From NCBI GenBank assembly GCA_977030845.1, contig OZ365114.1, positions 19,406,001 to 19,470,000 of the forward strand: a stretch of DNA of 64,000 bases, in the 5' to 3' direction. The notes under the pieces were generated by a model, which saw nothing but the letters and a program-made list of their open reading frames with translations, searched no databases and was not told the origin of the DNA. Source of the stretch: Fimbriosthenelais zetlandica. Lineage: Eukaryota. A program made the position numbers and the translations under genes. This document shows positions 61,726-64,000 of the stretch, in pieces; the stretch's first letter is position 1, and the number at the start of each line of letters is the position of its first letter.

Positions 61726-63906
61726 ATGTCCGCACTACTAGGGATATTCCTCTTACTTTTGTGTGAAATACATGGATATGGTGGACTTTCTGATGAAGAA
61801 ATAGGAGGCATAGCAGGTGAGGCAAAGAAAAATTACTTTTTTCGTTTAAAAAGAAGAAAGTCAAGAACATTGAGCGAAACCAGAATATTGAGTTGGTGAA
61901 TATTTTGAACTCGGCAACAAGTTTTTCTCCGGTACCATATCTTGCAAGGATTCACCTAGAGTTTTTTTACCCTCAAGTACATGTATAGGAGTTAGAAGAT
62001 AGACTTCTCCGTATTTATTATATCGTCTTCATTCATTACTTCGCATTTCATACGTTTAGCAAAATTGATTATGTGATATTTTATATAATACCAGTCAACG
62101 GGCTCATGAAATCGTGCCTTCATTAATGAGTGGTATAATCATTTGGGCGTATACATAACCTATACACCATTCCTCACATTATATAGTGGTTACTTCAATA
62201 TGACTGACATTCATGACTGACGACGACTATCAGATGTATGTTCAAATGGATGGATACACACTATAATTAATGCATTTTGATATTTAAATATTTGTTTTTC
62301 ACACTAGATGAATGTCCAAAAGGTAGACGCCACCAAGGCCGCTGTTTTGGGTTGAAGGTAACCCCGGCCACCTGGTGGCAAGCACAGAAAGCATGTGTCG
62401 CCGACGGTGGTCTTCTCGCCGAGGTAATTTCGCCCGAGGATCAAGCGTTCCTCGCTGAGCAAGGAAGAATAAGTGGACTATCTTTGTGGACCTCGGGACA
62501 CATGGAAGACCCGGACTGGACATGGATGGGACTCAGTTAGTATGACTCACCAGCTAATAATGCACTTGACAGCTTTAAGTTAAAATAAATGCCACCTAGG
62601 TGATTTTTTTCAGATTATCTATATATCAGTAATTCAATATATATATTCCACACAGGGCATCGTCACATTCGTTTCGTTGGATGTTACAGTGATAATGCTG
62701 GTGATCCAGACCTGCCGCACCTCATGAATTTACGCTCAGTCTTCATGAGACCCAGCGAGTGTGCCAGCAAATGTCAAGAGGGCAACTTTAAATATTCCAG
62801 TGTCCAGCTCACTGTTAATGTAGGCAACCTTTAACATAGAATACAAGTACATTCAATTGCATACCGGTACAACAACAAAAATAAAGTTTATATGCAATAC
62901 CATTTGCAAAACTGTTTTTAAAATCAGACCTTGTAATCAATTGATTTAGATGTTTTAACGCGAAAGAAATCCTATACAAAATCTTGAATATAATATTGAT
63001 CTCAATATATGATCACAGTAGCCTACATGCATTTGCCACATACGACTTTTTTCCTCTTTCAGAATGAGGTGTTATGTAGGTGTGGGGATAAGTATGGTAA
63101 GTATGGGAAGACTGATGTAGAGGCCTGTAACACTCTGTGTCCACACCTGGCTCTACAACCTCTCCCTACTGAAACATGGGAGGAGCAGGATCTACTCACA
63201 TTAGACAGTCACTGTGGTGCTATCAACATCCAGATTATCATCAGAGTCTGGGGTAATTATACTGAATACAATGACGTTATATATCTGAGTAATATATCAT
63301 GACTTCATTCATTGTCAACACATCAAAAAACACTATTTTAGGTTCTGAAATGCTACACCCATTTCAAATACTACTCATAGGCAATAACACCAATGTCCTC
63401 CCATTGATAAGTATCAAGATCTAATCTTTTATCTTAATCTGACGTATCATCTTTCCAACAGGCCTATCTTTCCACGCGGCTTATTCGCCAGCACTGTGGG
63501 ACCGTCAGGACTGTGTTGCCTTAGACCACATCAAAGGCTTTGCCTGGAACACTTATCACTGTACTGATACCCGACTCTTTTACATATGCGAATACCGTGA
63601 GTTTTCATTAATGCTGGAACTGAGACTCCAATAGAAAGATTCCAACTGGCCCCTTGAGGGAGCTTTTTTACATAACTATTTCAGAATAACTAAAATTAGT
63701 CAATAATTATTACTTCAGGAAAATATATCCATAAATTTATGATATATTTCATAGATAAGTGTTTGATAAATTTGTGTCAATAATTTTAGAGGCTACTGAA
63801 GAGACCTGCACTGCTCCTAGGATGTGGAAAAGCAGTCAGTGCATCACAATAGAGAAAGATTATCCAAGGAACTGGTGGGATGCCTACCTAGCTTGTCTTA
63901 AGAAAG
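61726..63906 (+). CDS. Secreted or membrane C-type lectin + WSC domain protein, 3'-partial. Exons 61726-61816, 62308-62535, 62656-62819, 63063-63252, 63462-63596, 63790-63906
   Basis: Signal peptide MSALLGIFLLLLCEIHG; CTLD N-half (CPKG...GRCF...WWQAQKACVADGGLLAEV...LWTSG); WSC (FVGCYSD...ECASKC...CRCG...CNTLC...CG); CTLD C-half (DCVAL...W...C...YICEY); a second CTLD begins in the last exon. Confidence 0.9.
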
Positions 63907-64000
63907 GTACAATCATACTATATTATAACCCATTCTTTCATAGTTATAGCTCTGTTTAATAATAAAAATATATTACTGTTATATATATATATCTGTTCTG

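Noticed and set aside
1-64000. CRISPR arrays, rRNA genes, intact tRNA genes, autonomous transposase or RT ORFs
   Set aside because: None seen. The regularly spaced repeats at 1429-1719 and 3260-3882 are intronic snoRNA duplications, not repeat-spacer arrays.

Overview
AT-rich, intron-rich animal genomic DNA (invertebrate-like; the species cannot be assigned from the sequence). Ten protein-coding genes were reconstructed by hand from splice sites, with reading frames checked across exons: TCP1/CCT1 (+, 5' end outside the window), UNC45 (+), MBOAT1/2-like lysophospholipid acyltransferase (+), MPV17 (+), EXOC3/Sec6 (+), POLR2K/RPB12 (-, absent from the ORF track), an Emi1/Emi2 (FBXO5/FBXO43) APC/C inhibitor (+), an NQO1-like quinone reductase (+), an atypical RhoA-like GTPase (-) and a secreted C-type lectin/WSC protein (+, runs off the 3' end). 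Main observations: (1) TCP1 introns hold six box H/ACA snoRNA candidates in two families, one SNORA20-like and one whose guide pocket is shifted by one base to the neighbouring 18S uridine; (2) two U12-type minor introns, one hosting two of these snoRNAs; (3) dense fields built almost entirely of TA-flanked 2-6 nt spacers (TAGGCCTA, TACCGGTA, TACTGTA, TAGGCTA) near promoters, resembling stacked transposon excision footprints; (4) an HSE+TATA alternative promoter inside UNC45; (5) a Rho with a Ras-G12-equivalent substitution; (6) a WSC domain inserted inside a C-type lectin domain. Several MITE, foldback, SINE and LINE remnants and microsatellites are also present. No CRISPR, rRNA or intact tRNA genes. 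All motif and family assignments come from reading and recall, not database searches.
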